Source: Nanobdellati archaeon (GTDB lineage: Archaea; B1Sed10-29; JAGVWA01). From it: a stretch of 60,744 nt of DNA. Numbering within the stretch: position 1 is the first letter of the stretch; each line of letters begins with the position of its first letter. The stretch covers positions 1 through 60,744 of the forward strand of contig JAGVWA010000007.1 in NCBI GenBank assembly GCA_018304505.1, written 5' to 3'. Of the stretch, positions 38,338 to 47,485 are shown in pieces. The notes below the pieces were generated by a model, which was given only the letters and a program-made list of their open reading frames with translations, made no database searches and had not been told where the DNA came from. A program made the translations under genes and the position numbers.

Positions 38338-39261
38338 ATGAGCAAGCTGTACGACATAATAATTATCGGCGGTGGACCCGCAGGCATTGCTTCTGCCCTG
38401 TACGCCGCGCGGCAAAACCTAAACTTTGTCATGATTTCAGAAGACATCGGTGGCCTTACGAATTTTGTGCCAAGCCTGAAGACATACCTCGGTTTTTACT
38501 ATCTAACAGGGTACGAGCTGATAGAGAAATTCAAGGAGCATCTGCTTCACTACAAGGTGCCGATTGTAAAGGAGAGGGCACAAACCGTGGTAAAGAAAAA
38601 AGGTTACTTCGAAGTTGTGACGGGCAACAACAAAAAATATATGACACGGGCAATCCTCGTCACCACGGGACGGCGTTTCATGCACTTGAAAGCGAAGGGG
38701 GCCTCCAAGTTCTTGGGCAAAGGTCTTTCCTTGTGTACGGCCTGCGACGGGCCATTGTTTAAGGACAAAACAGTGGCGGTAATCGGCGGCGGGAGATCGG
38801 GCTTGTTCGCGTCACTGTTCCTGCTCGAGCTTGCAAAGAAAATTTATTTAATCGAGCGAGATAAGGACATAAAATCAGCAGGCGCCTTAAGGGACATAGG
38901 AAAAACCCTGAGAAAGAACAAAAAGGTTCATATCATGACAGAAACCAGCGTCAAGGAGATTAAAGGCGACAAGTTTGTCAACAGCATCGTTGTTGAAAAA
39001 AACGGCAAGGAGAAAACAATCAAGCTTGAAGGGGTTTTTGTGGAAATCGGTTACATTCCAAACACTGAATTCATAAAGCACCTTGTAGACACAAATGGCC
39101 GCGGAGAAATAATCGTAGACGCAGAAGGGCGCTCATCGCAAAAAGGCATTTTTGCTGCCGGAGACGTGACGCACATCAAGGAAAAGCAAGTCATGGTGGC
39201 TTGCGGTGAAGGGGCAAAGGCACTCCTCACAGCAGTTACGTATATCGAGAAAAACAAATAG
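38338..39261 (+). CDS. trxB: Thioredoxin reductase-like FAD-dependent oxidoreductase
   Basis: IIGGGPAG, CTACDG redox motif, VAVIGGG, GIFAAGDVT. Confidence 0.85.
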   Translation: MSKLYDIIIIGGGPAGIASALYAARQNLNFVMISEDIGGLTNFVPSLKTYLGFYYLTGYELIEKFKEHLLHYKVPIVKERAQTVVKKKGYFEVVTGNNKKYMTRAILVTTGRRFMHLKAKGASKFLGKGLSLCTACDGPLFKDKTVAVIGGGRSGLFASLFLLELAKKIYLIERDKDIKSAGALRDIGKTLRKNKKVHIMTETSVKEIKGDKFVNSIVVEKNGKEKTIKLEGVFVEIGYIPNTEFIKHLVDTNGRGEIIVDAEGRSSQKGIFAAGDVTHIKEKQVMVACGEGAKALLTAVTYIEKNK

Positions 39262-39299
39262 ATTTAAGTAAATAGTTGCCAAGGTGTTTCCAAGGCGTT

Positions 39300-39590
39300 T
39301 TATTCCAGGCATTCCTTGTACAAATCCGGATGGTGGCCCATGTGTGTTTTCCAGTCATCGTCAGAATAGCCTTCAGGCGTAGCGCATTTGCCAAAATCTC
39401 CCTGTGGCGCTTGCGCAGCTACTGCCTGGGCAAACGCTTCTTTAGAATGCTCCTGCCCGATGTTTACTGTGGCTGCAGGGGCCTGGTTTGAAGAGGTTTG
39501 GTTTGAAAAGCCCATTACTGAGTAAATGAGCGTGGCCAGCCCAAGCCCGATCAGCAAAACAGGGACTAACGCGTTGACTTTTTCATTCAT
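39300..39590 (-). CDS. Membrane-anchored small protein with Cys/His motif
   Basis: N-terminal TM; CATPEGYSDDDWKTHMGHHPDLYKEC; ATGA overlap with the upstream gene. Confidence 0.7.
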   Translation of the reverse strand: MNEKVNALVPVLLIGLGLATLIYSVMGFSNQTSSNQAPAATVNIGQEHSKEAFAQAVAAQAPQGDFGKCATPEGYSDDDWKTHMGHHPDLYKECLE

Positions 39591-40027
39591 TTGCAACACC
39601 CCTTTTTGTACCTGTTCTTTATGAAATTAATTATCGCAAATGCAACCAAGACGCCCCCGGTTATCCAAAAAACCACGCTGAAGGCTTCGAGTTCCTTAAA
39701 CGGAATCGCGGCTATGAGCAGGCCCGTGCTCCCGATTAGCATATTTTTCGAGATGCACTTTCTGGTTGTGTAAAAGTAGAGCGACAGCCCCAAGAGGAGG
39801 ATAGCCAGGCTCCACAAGGGAATCGCGTAGTCTTGTAAAAACGCTAGCGGCATTCCCTGTAGTGATATTCCGAGCATTGAGAGCCCGGCGATGATGCCGA
39901 GGCAGAGGTTGTGGCACACGTTGTAGCCCCCGAGAAAGCTGAGGCTGCCGGAGGCGGTTGTGCCCATGTTAGCCACACGGTTGGTCATCTGCGCCCTGAT
40001 TTTTTCACCAAGCATTTTCACTTTCAT
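39587..40027 (-). CDS. Membrane protein with CxxxC in first helix (MerC-like metal transporter candidate)
   Basis: VCHNLC, four hydrophobic helices, C-terminal GCCK. Confidence 0.6.
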   Translation of the reverse strand: MKVKMLGEKIRAQMTNRVANMGTTASGSLSFLGGYNVCHNLCLGIIAGLSMLGISLQGMPLAFLQDYAIPLWSLAILLLGLSLYFYTTRKCISKNMLIGSTGLLIAAIPFKELEAFSVVFWITGGVLVAFAIINFIKNRYKKGCCK

Positions 40028-40033
40028 TCCTGA

Positions 40034-40462
40034 TTACACCTGTTCTTCTATCGCGATTCCGTATTTTTCTAAAATGATCTGTTTTATGGCGTCTTCGTGG
40101 CCTGTTTTTTCAGATATTGCTCTCGCAAAGTACTTCGCCAAATACGGGTTGCCGTGGCCTTCAAGTATCTCGCCGATGCATTCGCCGCAAGGATGAACCC
40201 CATTGACAATGTCTTGCATGCAGTCACATGTTGCGCCCTCACCGTGCCCGGGTGTTTTCTCGATGCAGTACATGCACGGCTTCATTAAGCAGCATCTGTA
40301 TATTGAGGTGTTGCGCGCGGTTTCATGAATGTGATTTTTCATTTCAATAAAGTCTTCCCGTTGCTGGTTCATGCTGTGATGCGGATCTTGCATTGCGGGC
40401 GAGAAAAACACGACAACGCCAAGTAGTACTGCCAGCACGATGCCCAGAATATTGCCTTTCAT
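40034..40462 (-). CDS. Exported Cys-rich protein
   Basis: N-terminal TM/signal; CCLMKPCMYC, CDC, HPCGEC. Confidence 0.7.
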   Translation of the reverse strand: MKGNILGIVLAVLLGVVVFFSPAMQDPHHSMNQQREDFIEMKNHIHETARNTSIYRCCLMKPCMYCIEKTPGHGEGATCDCMQDIVNGVHPCGECIGEILEGHGNPYLAKYFARAISEKTGHEDAIKQIILEKYGIAIEEQV

Positions 40463-40518
40463 TTCGTCATCTCCATTTTTTCATCTTCCGTTTCATCTTT
40501 CTTTTTATCTTTCGTTTG

Positions 40519-41022
40519 CTACCACTCCTTGCAGCAGTTTACGATTTCTTTTATTGTTTTCGAGAACTTCGTCATTACGCCTTTTTGTTTTTCAAATTCC
40601 AGCGTGTGCTCTATTTTTTGTGTCCCGACTATTTTCAGGTTGATGGCGAAGAACATGGAATATAAGTCAAACGCTGACTCGAACAATTCTTCAGCAGGTT
40701 TTTTGTTTCCCTTTGACATTTCCTTTGTGCCGACTTCGACAAGCCGCATCGAGGCAGCGAGCAAGTGCTTACTTATGCACCATTCTTCCCCAACGGGGTT
40801 TGTAACGATTTTTTTCAAAAGTTTTACCCTCAACTCGCGAATGGCTTGCATCATGTCGAGGTATTTCTGGTTGTTGGTCTTCATTGCCGTGAAATAAAAG
40901 TGTTCCTCCAGGCTGATCAGGTTCATTATGCCTATGCTCAGGTCTTCATCTAGCGACAAGTCTACAGTCTTTCCTTTTAGCTGTTGTATTTTTTCGAGCC
41001 ATTGCTCAGCGTCTTTTTTCAT
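40519..41022 (-). CDS. Hypothetical helical protein with putative metal ligands
   Basis: NLISLEEHFYFT, WCISKHLL, C-terminal CCKEW. Confidence 0.7.
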   Translation of the reverse strand: MKKDAEQWLEKIQQLKGKTVDLSLDEDLSIGIMNLISLEEHFYFTAMKTNNQKYLDMMQAIRELRVKLLKKIVTNPVGEEWCISKHLLAASMRLVEVGTKEMSKGNKKPAEELFESAFDLYSMFFAINLKIVGTQKIEHTLEFEKQKGVMTKFSKTIKEIVNCCKEW

Positions 41023-41046
41023 GTAATCATCATTTTCAAGTAATCA

Positions 41047-41589
41047 TCACAGTGTGAATTGAATGATTGTTCCGATCGCTATCAGCAGCAGTAGCGTGAG
41101 CGCGATGCCTTGGTATGGGATGTGTTTTCCTCGTAATTGCGTTATCTTCTTGCTTATTCCCGGGCTGGCATAGACAACTGCGCCGCCGATGACGCTGCTA
41201 GCAATGAATTTGTCTAGCAGGTACGTGCTGTTAAGCAGCGATCCATAGTCTCCCGCTAGTGAAACGTAAATTGGGTGAAAGTCGCCGCCAAAAAACGCTA
41301 GCATTGGGGAGACTGTAAGCGCCAGCGACGTTATCGCCAAGAGATGGGTCTGGAACGGCAAGAGTTGCTTTTTTATTAGCTTGGCAGCCCACAAGCCAGT
41401 TGATATTGCGAAAGCGCCGATGAACAGGCCGATAACTGGGGTCTTGACGCCAAGCAGTGTTGCGCCGCCGGCTGCTGCCACTATTCCAGCAGTGCAGAGC
41501 GGGCAGTGCGCGTATCCCCGCGCTGCAAAAAACGGAAATAAAAATATTGGCCCCAATATTTTCTTTATGCTCATGGTCTTGGTGTTCAT
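41047..41589 (-). CDS. Membrane protein with HCPLC motif
   Basis: AHCPLCTAG followed by several TM helices. Confidence 0.7.
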   Translation of the reverse strand: MNTKTMSIKKILGPIFLFPFFAARGYAHCPLCTAGIVAAAGGATLLGVKTPVIGLFIGAFAISTGLWAAKLIKKQLLPFQTHLLAITSLALTVSPMLAFFGGDFHPIYVSLAGDYGSLLNSTYLLDKFIASSVIGGAVVYASPGISKKITQLRGKHIPYQGIALTLLLLIAIGTIIQFTL

Positions 41590-41601
41590 GGTCTTGGCCC
41601 C

Positions 41602-42057
41602 TTAGATCTTAAGGAATTCCTGTGATGTGCCGTCCTTGTTTATTGAGTATATGACGAATTCGCCTTGTTTTGATCCGGGCATTCCTGGCGAGCCGGATGG
41701 CATTCCCGGCAACGCGATTCCCGCTACGTCTGGTTTTTCAGCCATGAGCTTGTTGATGGCTTCTATCGGCATGTGGCCTTCTATGTAATAGTCGCCGATG
41801 ACCGCGGTGTGACAGCTTCTAAGGTGCGTTGGAATTCCCATTTCATCTTTTATTGGCGTGACGTCAGGCATCTCATTTACACCAACCGAGAACCCTTGCT
41901 GCTCAAGGTACCTTGAGTGTAGGCCGCAGCAGCCGCAGCTTGACGATTTATGTACGGTCACTTTTGTTTTTTCTGCTTGTCCTGTTGGCGTTATTAGCGT
42001 AAATGCAAGCACGCCGATCGCGAGCAGGCCCACAACTGCGAGCATCTTGATTTTCAT
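41602..42057 (-). CDS. DUF411 (CopG-like) metal-binding protein
   Basis: KSSSCGCC, SCHTA, IEGHMP, GIALPGMPSGSPGM. Start set at MKIKMLAVV. Confidence 0.9.
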   Translation of the reverse strand: MKIKMLAVVGLLAIGVLAFTLITPTGQAEKTKVTVHKSSSCGCCGLHSRYLEQQGFSVGVNEMPDVTPIKDEMGIPTHLRSCHTAVIGDYYIEGHMPIEAINKLMAEKPDVAGIALPGMPSGSPGMPGSKQGEFVIYSINKDGTSQEFLKI

Positions 42058-42059
42058 TT

Positions 42060-42299
42060 CTAACACCCGCCGACCATGTCTGGCATGTTTTGCAGGCCTG
42101 ATGGCACAGCTTGTGCATTTCCCTGCGCCGCCTGCGGTGTTATTGCGGCACCAGCGGTTGCTGCCCCCGTTGTTTGCGTTGTCAGGCTTAAGGTTCCTGA
42201 TTGCACAGCACTTTGCATGTTTTGCAGTTGCAGCGTTTGCATTCCTGTTACTAGGACCATGATGGCCAGGATGCCGATTATCATTGTTTCTTTTTCCAT
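42060..42299 (-). CDS. Small membrane-anchored protein ending MPDMVGGC
   Basis: N-terminal TM, low-complexity linker, C-terminal MPDMVGGC. Confidence 0.7.
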   Translation of the reverse strand: MEKETMIIGILAIMVLVTGMQTLQLQNMQSAVQSGTLSLTTQTTGAATAGAAITPQAAQGNAQAVPSGLQNMPDMVGGC

Positions 42300-42320
42300 T
42301 AGTTTCGCCTCTTATGCCAA

Positions 42321-42503
42321 TTAGTTTATTTTTGTCAGTGTTCCGTTTTGTATGTTGTCCACGAGGAGGTTCCATTCTATTGGTTTCAGTTTCACGATGT
42401 TGTCGTCTTCCCCGATTGTTGCCCCATTCGTGTTTGTTATGACTTCTGGGCAGTGGTCGCAATCATCGCACAGTACCACTTTTTTTTCGTTTTGATTTTC
42501 CAT
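42321..42503 (-). CDS. Small Cys-containing protein (weakly DUF397-like)
   Basis: LCDDCDHCPEV..IGED..L...EWNLLV..I..G; GAGGTGA SD before ATG 42503. Confidence 0.6.
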   Translation of the reverse strand: MENQNEKKVVLCDDCDHCPEVITNTNGATIGEDDNIVKLKPIEWNLLVDNIQNGTLTKIN

Positions 42504-42544
42504 TTTTTTCACCTCTATTTTTTCATTAATATTTTCATTAATGG

Positions 42545-43312
42545 TTAGCATCCCCCGACCATGTCCGGCATGCCGTCCAGGGTGCTTGTTGCCCCTGATG
42601 TTTGGAATTCCGCAGCTATTTCTCGCGGGTCATCTCCGTTTGCCAGCATTAGGAAGGCTATGTCTGCTGTGAACTTTCCTGCTTGCGCTTCTTGGACATA
42701 GCGCTGCGTCATTTGTTTTGGGAAGAACAGCACCTTCCATCTACTGATCTCGCCCATTATTTGCTCGTCTTTCATGTCTGGATGGTTCACTATCAAGTAC
42801 GCGGTCAAGCCGCGGATGGCGTAGCTGTGTTCGCAGCCGCATGCCGGGTCCCCATTGGGGAACACTGCTGTTTTTGCCCCGCAGCAGAATTCGCAGGTCA
42901 TTGTGGGCACTGTCAGTATCTTTATGTAGCGCTCTTTTTGCTCTTCATTCATTTCTATTGGGTTTGCCCCGAGCGTCGGGTCCAGTGCTGAGATTATGCT
43001 TAGGCTTTTTATCGGGTCATCAAACGTCACGTCTAGTTCTGGCCCATAGATTTCAGGAACGCCTTTTGGAATCACCCTTTCTGCCACGCTCGCCAAATCC
43101 AGCGTTCCGGATGCTGGCGCGGTTGCCTGGCCAGTTGCCTGTAAGTTTGCTAGTCCGGGGCTTTTCGTCGTTAGCCCTGTGTTTAAGTTGTTTATCGTGA
43201 CTTGGTTGAACATCAGCAGAATAAGCATTATTGAAAGCAGTCCGATTGTTGCGGTTTCTTTGCGTATTGGAATGCTGACATCGATTGTTTTTTTACTCTT
43301 TGCTCCGGCCAT
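42545..43312 (-). CDS. Membrane-anchored Cys/His-rich protein ending MPDMVGGC
   Basis: TM near N-terminus; CEFCCG, ACGCEHS; C-terminal MPDMVGGC. Confidence 0.75.
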   Translation of the reverse strand: MAGAKSKKTIDVSIPIRKETATIGLLSIMLILLMFNQVTINNLNTGLTTKSPGLANLQATGQATAPASGTLDLASVAERVIPKGVPEIYGPELDVTFDDPIKSLSIISALDPTLGANPIEMNEEQKERYIKILTVPTMTCEFCCGAKTAVFPNGDPACGCEHSYAIRGLTAYLIVNHPDMKDEQIMGEISRWKVLFFPKQMTQRYVQEAQAGKFTADIAFLMLANGDDPREIAAEFQTSGATSTLDGMPDMVGGC

Positions 43313-43329
43313 CTCACCACACCTCTACT

Positions 43330-43346
43330 TTTACATTATTTGTAAA
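43330..43346. promoter_or_regulatory. Candidate operator (TTTACA-N5-TGTAAA) in the divergent promoter
   Basis: Inverted repeat tttaca-ttatt-tgtaaa; near match tttaca-ataaa-tgttaa at 37155-37171. Confidence 0.35.
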
Positions 43347-43420
43347 CCTTCCGCAATTAAAGTATTTAAAGCTTTGCTTTGACAGTAAAGCTTTTATACT
43401 ATAGCGTACACAAAATTATC

Positions 43421-43783
43421 ATGGAACTGTCAAAGCTCGACATGGGCAAGCAAGGAATTAATTCACTAGTCAGCGACCTGGAGTCAGGCATACTTGACGA
43501 GCTTTGGGAAAGACAAAACGCGATCGCCCGTGAAGTTTATAACGAATTAAAAGACGTGCACAATGTCTCATATACAACGGTTGTAGTTACGCTCGATAGG
43601 CTGTACGACAAGGGCCTTGTAGACAGAAAAACCGAGATGTGCCGCGGCGGGCAAAGGTACATTTACTCTCCAAAGCACTCAAGACAAGACCTTGGAAACA
43701 TGGTGGCAGACAGGTTCCTGTCATACCTAAAAACCACGTTTGGGGAGGCCTCAACTTCACACCTGAGGAAAAAACTAAAGTGA
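43421..43783 (+). CDS. BlaI/MecI/CopY family transcriptional regulator
   Basis: SDLESGILDELW, AREVY, SYTTVVVTLDRLYDKGLV.R, YIYSP. Confidence 0.9.
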   Translation: MELSKLDMGKQGINSLVSDLESGILDELWERQNAIAREVYNELKDVHNVSYTTVVVTLDRLYDKGLVDRKTEMCRGGQRYIYSPKHSRQDLGNMVADRFLSYLKTTFGEASTSHLRKKLK

Positions 43784-44517
43784 ATATGATGCTTATGTTT
43801 GAGACACCGGCATGCCTGCAAAGCTGCATCTACGCGACAATCATGTCCCCGCTGTTCCTGTTTTCAGGGGGCGTTTTAATAATCATGCTGCTTTCGTACT
43901 ATTTTTTCCAGCACAGGTTGTCGCAAAAAGCAAAGCTGCAAATCAAGGTACTCTCAATATCGCTAACCGCAATACTCATTGTCGGCGTAACAGCGTACCT
44001 CTCGAATATGGGCCATATACCTGGCCTGCTGAATATGGAGCTGTTCGCGGGTGCGGCAGCGTATGTGTTGTCCTATTTGCTGGCCCCTGTTATAATGGGC
44101 CTGTCGCTGAAAAAACAACCAACAAGCAAGGCCATACAGAAATTTGCCGATGCAGAGTCAAAACGCCTGGGCATCATGACACCGAAACTTGTTGCTTACA
44201 AAGACGACAAGCCTGCGGCGTTCATGGTTTCAGGGCTGAAAAAAACAATGTACCTGTCTTCAGGCCTCATTTCCAGGCTGACAAAAGCAGAAACAGAAAA
44301 CGTTGTCCTGCATGAGCTCTACCACATCAGGCATGGCGGGTTTAACTTCAAGCGCTTATTCATGGCGATCAAGTCATTCACCGTAATCGGTTTCCTTGTA
44401 CCCGTGCCGCTGGAAGAATTTGACGAGATAGAAGAGGCAAAGCTTGACAAGATAATGCTAAAGCAGGGCATTGACATGGACACGGTCAGGGAAAAACTCT
44501 GGGGGAAGGCACAGTGA
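43780..44517 (+). CDS. Membrane zinc metalloprotease (M48/M56, BlaR1-like)
   Basis: N-terminal TMs, P.AF..G, LSSGLI..L...E...V.LHELYH; GTGA overlap with the regulator. Confidence 0.8.
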   Translation: MNMMLMFETPACLQSCIYATIMSPLFLFSGGVLIIMLLSYYFFQHRLSQKAKLQIKVLSISLTAILIVGVTAYLSNMGHIPGLLNMELFAGAAAYVLSYLLAPVIMGLSLKKQPTSKAIQKFADAESKRLGIMTPKLVAYKDDKPAAFMVSGLKKTMYLSSGLISRLTKAETENVVLHELYHIRHGGFNFKRLFMAIKSFTVIGFLVPVPLEEFDEIEEAKLDKIMLKQGIDMDTVREKLWGKAQ

Positions 44518-45029
44518 AAAAGATGTTAGCCGCACTGGCAATTCTTGTAATTTCACTTTTGATTTTTCCGCTAGTCGTGGCGCACGAAAACGACACCCTT
44601 GAAGAAGCGGAGCACATCATCGCGTCTCAAGTTACGTGTGATCAGTTGACGCAGGACCAGCTGGAAATTATCGGGGACTACTACATGGAACAGTTCCACC
44701 CCGGAGAGGCGCACGTTGCTATGGATAAAATCATGGGCGGTGAAGGCTCTCCAACCCTGCGGCAGGCCCACATCAACATGGCAGTGCGGTTCTACTGCAA
44801 CCAAGGCGCGTTCTATCCTGGAGGGGGCATGGGCTTTGGCGGCGTGATGGACGGCATTGGAGGCATGATGGGAATGATGGGCATGCCCGGCATGTACTAC
44901 TATCAAGGGGGTTACCAAACCAGGTTTTCTTGGACAGCGCTAATCATAAACATATTAGTAATTCTTATATTAGTGCTCGGCGTATTATGGCTTGCAAAGC
45001 AGGGCTTCAAGAACCTGAAGAAAAAATAA
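44514..45029 (+). CDS. Membrane protein with His/Met-rich putative copper-binding segment
   Basis: Signal peptide, HPGEAHVAMDKIMGG, Gly/Met-rich linker, C-terminal TM. Confidence 0.7.
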   Translation: MKKMLAALAILVISLLIFPLVVAHENDTLEEAEHIIASQVTCDQLTQDQLEIIGDYYMEQFHPGEAHVAMDKIMGGEGSPTLRQAHINMAVRFYCNQGAFYPGGGMGFGGVMDGIGGMMGMMGMPGMYYYQGGYQTRFSWTALIINILVILILVLGVLWLAKQGFKNLKKK

Positions 45030-45077
45030 GGAACGGGTTAAGAAAAGTTTGATTAAGAAAATAGATAGTGCTGCAAA

Positions 45078-46073
45078 ATGTTATCTGAAGCTGAAATGAA
45101 AATCAGGACATACTTAGTAATTCTCGCCTTCATTTTATTTTCAATTTTTATTATTGGCACGTTCTGGATCTCCACAATGCCAACTGAAACTGTAACCTAT
45201 GCATTATCCTACGCAGCGGGCTTGTCAATGATATTCCTCCCATGCACGCTTCCCCTTGCGTTTATTATCGTGCCTTTGAGCATGGGTAACGGGTATAGAA
45301 AGGGCTTCCTGATGGCGTTGCTTTTCGGGCTAGGCTTGATAGTAACAATAACGCTTTACGCTATCGTGATTGGAACGCTTGGGCAAGTACTGGGCTTGGA
45401 TCGGGCTACACAATTCATGTGGCTCATTGCAGGCTCTGCAGCACTCTTGTTCGGCTTGTCAGAAGTCAAGCTAATAAAACTCAGGATTCCAGGATATGGG
45501 GGCGCTGCACCGCAGTTCATTCAAAAACAGGGGGACTACCTTAAGGCATTTTTCATGGGTTTGTTCCTAGGCAATGCAGGAGTGGGTTGCCCCAACCCTG
45601 CGTTTTATGTTCTCTTAACTTACATTGCATCAGTAGGAAACGTCGGGACATCGCTTGGCCTTGGTTTCATTCATGGGCTTGGCAGGGCAACACCGCTGAT
45701 CTTCCTCTCGATTCTTGGCATACTCGGCGTTAACGCAGTCCAGAGCATCAGCGCGCGAAGAATACAGTTCGAGCGCATCATCGGCTGGAGCCTCATCATC
45801 ATAGGCGCATTCATATTAATTAACGGCTTGCCAAGCGGCCATCAATGGTACGAAGAAAACGTTGTACATGTCGGCTGGAATGATTGGATAGCAAGCACAG
45901 GTCTTGTTGCAGAGATACCAGAAGAAGAGCATGGGCACGAAGACACGTTTTTCCTAATGCCGTACTATACATACATTCTTATTATTTTGATTCTAATACC
46001 AGTAATAGTCAATTACTACAAGAGCAAGAAAACACCCTCATCAGCAAAACGGAAAAAATCAGGGGGCATGTAG
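45078..46073 (+). CDS. CcdA/DsbD-type transmembrane thiol-disulfide transporter
   Basis: FLPCTLP and GCPNP cysteines within TM helices. Confidence 0.82.
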   Translation: MLSEAEMKIRTYLVILAFILFSIFIIGTFWISTMPTETVTYALSYAAGLSMIFLPCTLPLAFIIVPLSMGNGYRKGFLMALLFGLGLIVTITLYAIVIGTLGQVLGLDRATQFMWLIAGSAALLFGLSEVKLIKLRIPGYGGAAPQFIQKQGDYLKAFFMGLFLGNAGVGCPNPAFYVLLTYIASVGNVGTSLGLGFIHGLGRATPLIFLSILGILGVNAVQSISARRIQFERIIGWSLIIIGAFILINGLPSGHQWYEENVVHVGWNDWIASTGLVAEIPEEEHGHEDTFFLMPYYTYILIILILIPVIVNYYKSKKTPSSAKRKKSGGM

Positions 46074-46074
46074 C

Positions 46075-46326
46075 ATGGTCGGCAATACAATACTAATAAT
46101 AAAAACACCCGGCTGTGGACACTGCGAAGAGGTCATGGAAATAATTGACAAAAAAATCAAGCCCGACTTCCCTGACCTGGATGTAGAAGTGATAGACGTG
46201 ACGCAGAAACCAGAGTACTTGCAGAAGTATCCTGTGATGAGCGCTCCGGGCATAGTGATTAACGGCAAGCTGGAGTTTCAGGGCGTCGCAACAGAACAAC
46301 AAATAAGATCTAAACTTAAAGAATAA
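46075..46326 (+). CDS. Thioredoxin/glutaredoxin-like protein
   Basis: PGCGHC, VMSAPGIVING. Confidence 0.88.
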   Translation: MVGNTILIIKTPGCGHCEEVMEIIDKKIKPDFPDLDVEVIDVTQKPEYLQKYPVMSAPGIVINGKLEFQGVATEQQIRSKLKE

Positions 46327-46337
46327 AGTGTGATAAA

Positions 46338-46478
46338 ATGGCAACGGATCCAGTGTGCGGAATGGAATGTGATGAGAAGAAAGCAGACTCAGCTGAGTAC
46401 AAGGGCAAGAAGTACTATTTCTGCAGTGCGAGCTGCAAGTGGGCTTTCGAGTCAAATCCAAAGCAATTTGCGGAATAA
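46338..46478 (+). CDS. YHS/TRASH domain metal-binding protein (46 aa, not in ORF track)
   Basis: Own translation: MATDPVCGMECDEKKADSAEYKGKKYYFCSASCKWAFESNPKQFAE. Confidence 0.9.
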   Translation: MATDPVCGMECDEKKADSAEYKGKKYYFCSASCKWAFESNPKQFAE

Positions 46479-46504
46479 AGAAAATTTCATGGGTGATAAA
46501 AGAG

Positions 46505-46894
46505 ATGGATTTAGGGGACTTTGCGTACGTTGTCGAGACGGACAAAGGCTTTGATGAGGCAGCTGTGTCAGTGCTTAAAAGCGCTGAACAGAAAGGATGG
46601 AGCGTGTTCCAAATCTATGATTTGAAAGAAAGGCTCGCTGCAAAAGGATTTAAACAAGAACCGTTAAAAATAATTGAAATCTGCTCAGCGAAACACGCAA
46701 ACAATTTTTTAAACAAGAACAAGCTAATATCATTATGCATACCGTGCAAAATAAACGTCATTCAAGAAAATGGAAAAGTAAGAATAATTGGAATGAAACC
46801 AAGCCTTCTAGCACGGTTTTTTCCAGAGGTTTCTGAAGAAGAAACCATGGAAGCTGAACGGGACATAAAAGATATTGTTGACAATGCAAGATGA
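46505..46894 (+). CDS. DUF302 domain protein
   Basis: GWSV...D....L..KG, IIEIC, IPCKINV. Confidence 0.85.
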   Translation: MDLGDFAYVVETDKGFDEAAVSVLKSAEQKGWSVFQIYDLKERLAAKGFKQEPLKIIEICSAKHANNFLNKNKLISLCIPCKINVIQENGKVRIIGMKPSLLARFFPEVSEEETMEAERDIKDIVDNAR

Positions 46895-47454
46895 AGTTCA
46901 TGAAACATGGCAAAAATAAAAATTTAATTGGGCCTGTAGGGCGAATCAGCGCCATAGCCACAGTGCTGCGCCGCAGGGCTTACTTACTGGTGTCTTTCAC
47001 CGCGTCTGCAACGTTCTTGTTGTTATTTATGTACTTCCCAGATATTGTGACAGTGATCAGCGGTTCGTCATTACTTGCACAGAACGCGGTGTCATTAAGC
47101 GTTTTTTCAACGCCATGGTGGGGTTATGGGCTGACGATTTTGCTGGCGCTTCTCCTGGGATTGCTTTTCAGCCTTCAGGTTTACGTTTTTAGAAACTTAA
47201 AAGCAAGACCTGTTACTGAGGCAGGTGCTGGTTTTTTGGCGGGCGTGTCAGGAATCGGCGCGACCATTTTCGGGAGCGCAACCTGTGTAGCGTGCCTGTC
47301 AGCACTGCTGGCGTTTGTAGGCCCAGGAACCATCGTGTTCTTTATTGGGTACAGGTGGCACATAATGGCGCTCAGTGTTGGAGTGACACTGGCGTCTTTA
47401 TATTTAGTAGCAAACAGAATTCAAGGCAATTGTGAAGATTGCAAGATAAGGTAG
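46891..47454 (+). CDS. Membrane protein with CxxC motifs
   Basis: Four TMs, ATCVAC, C-terminal CEDC. Confidence 0.7.
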   Translation: MKFMKHGKNKNLIGPVGRISAIATVLRRRAYLLVSFTASATFLLLFMYFPDIVTVISGSSLLAQNAVSLSVFSTPWWGYGLTILLALLLGLLFSLQVYVFRNLKARPVTEAGAGFLAGVSGIGATIFGSATCVACLSALLAFVGPGTIVFFIGYRWHIMALSVGVTLASLYLVANRIQGNCEDCKIR

Positions 47455-47475
47455 GAGTGCAAGATAAGGTAGGAG
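47440..47475 (+). repeat. Exact 18-bp tandem duplication
   Basis: tgcaagataaggtaggag twice, duplicating the stop codon and SD. Confidence 0.85.
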
Positions 47476-47485
47476 ATGAAATTAC

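Noticed and set aside
42060-42068. Selenocysteine read-through at the GGC termini
   Set aside because: Codons are TGT-TAG and TGC-TAA; no in-frame TGA
42058-42462. N-terminal extension of the DUF411 ORF (286 aa call)
   Set aside because: Out-of-frame read-through of two real small genes; the signal peptide starts at 42057
46330-46554. 74-aa ORF in the track
   Set aside because: The alternative frame 46338-46478 gives a clear YHS domain
47440-47475. 18-bp duplication as a target-site duplication
   Set aside because: The copies are adjacent with no element between them; likely slippage
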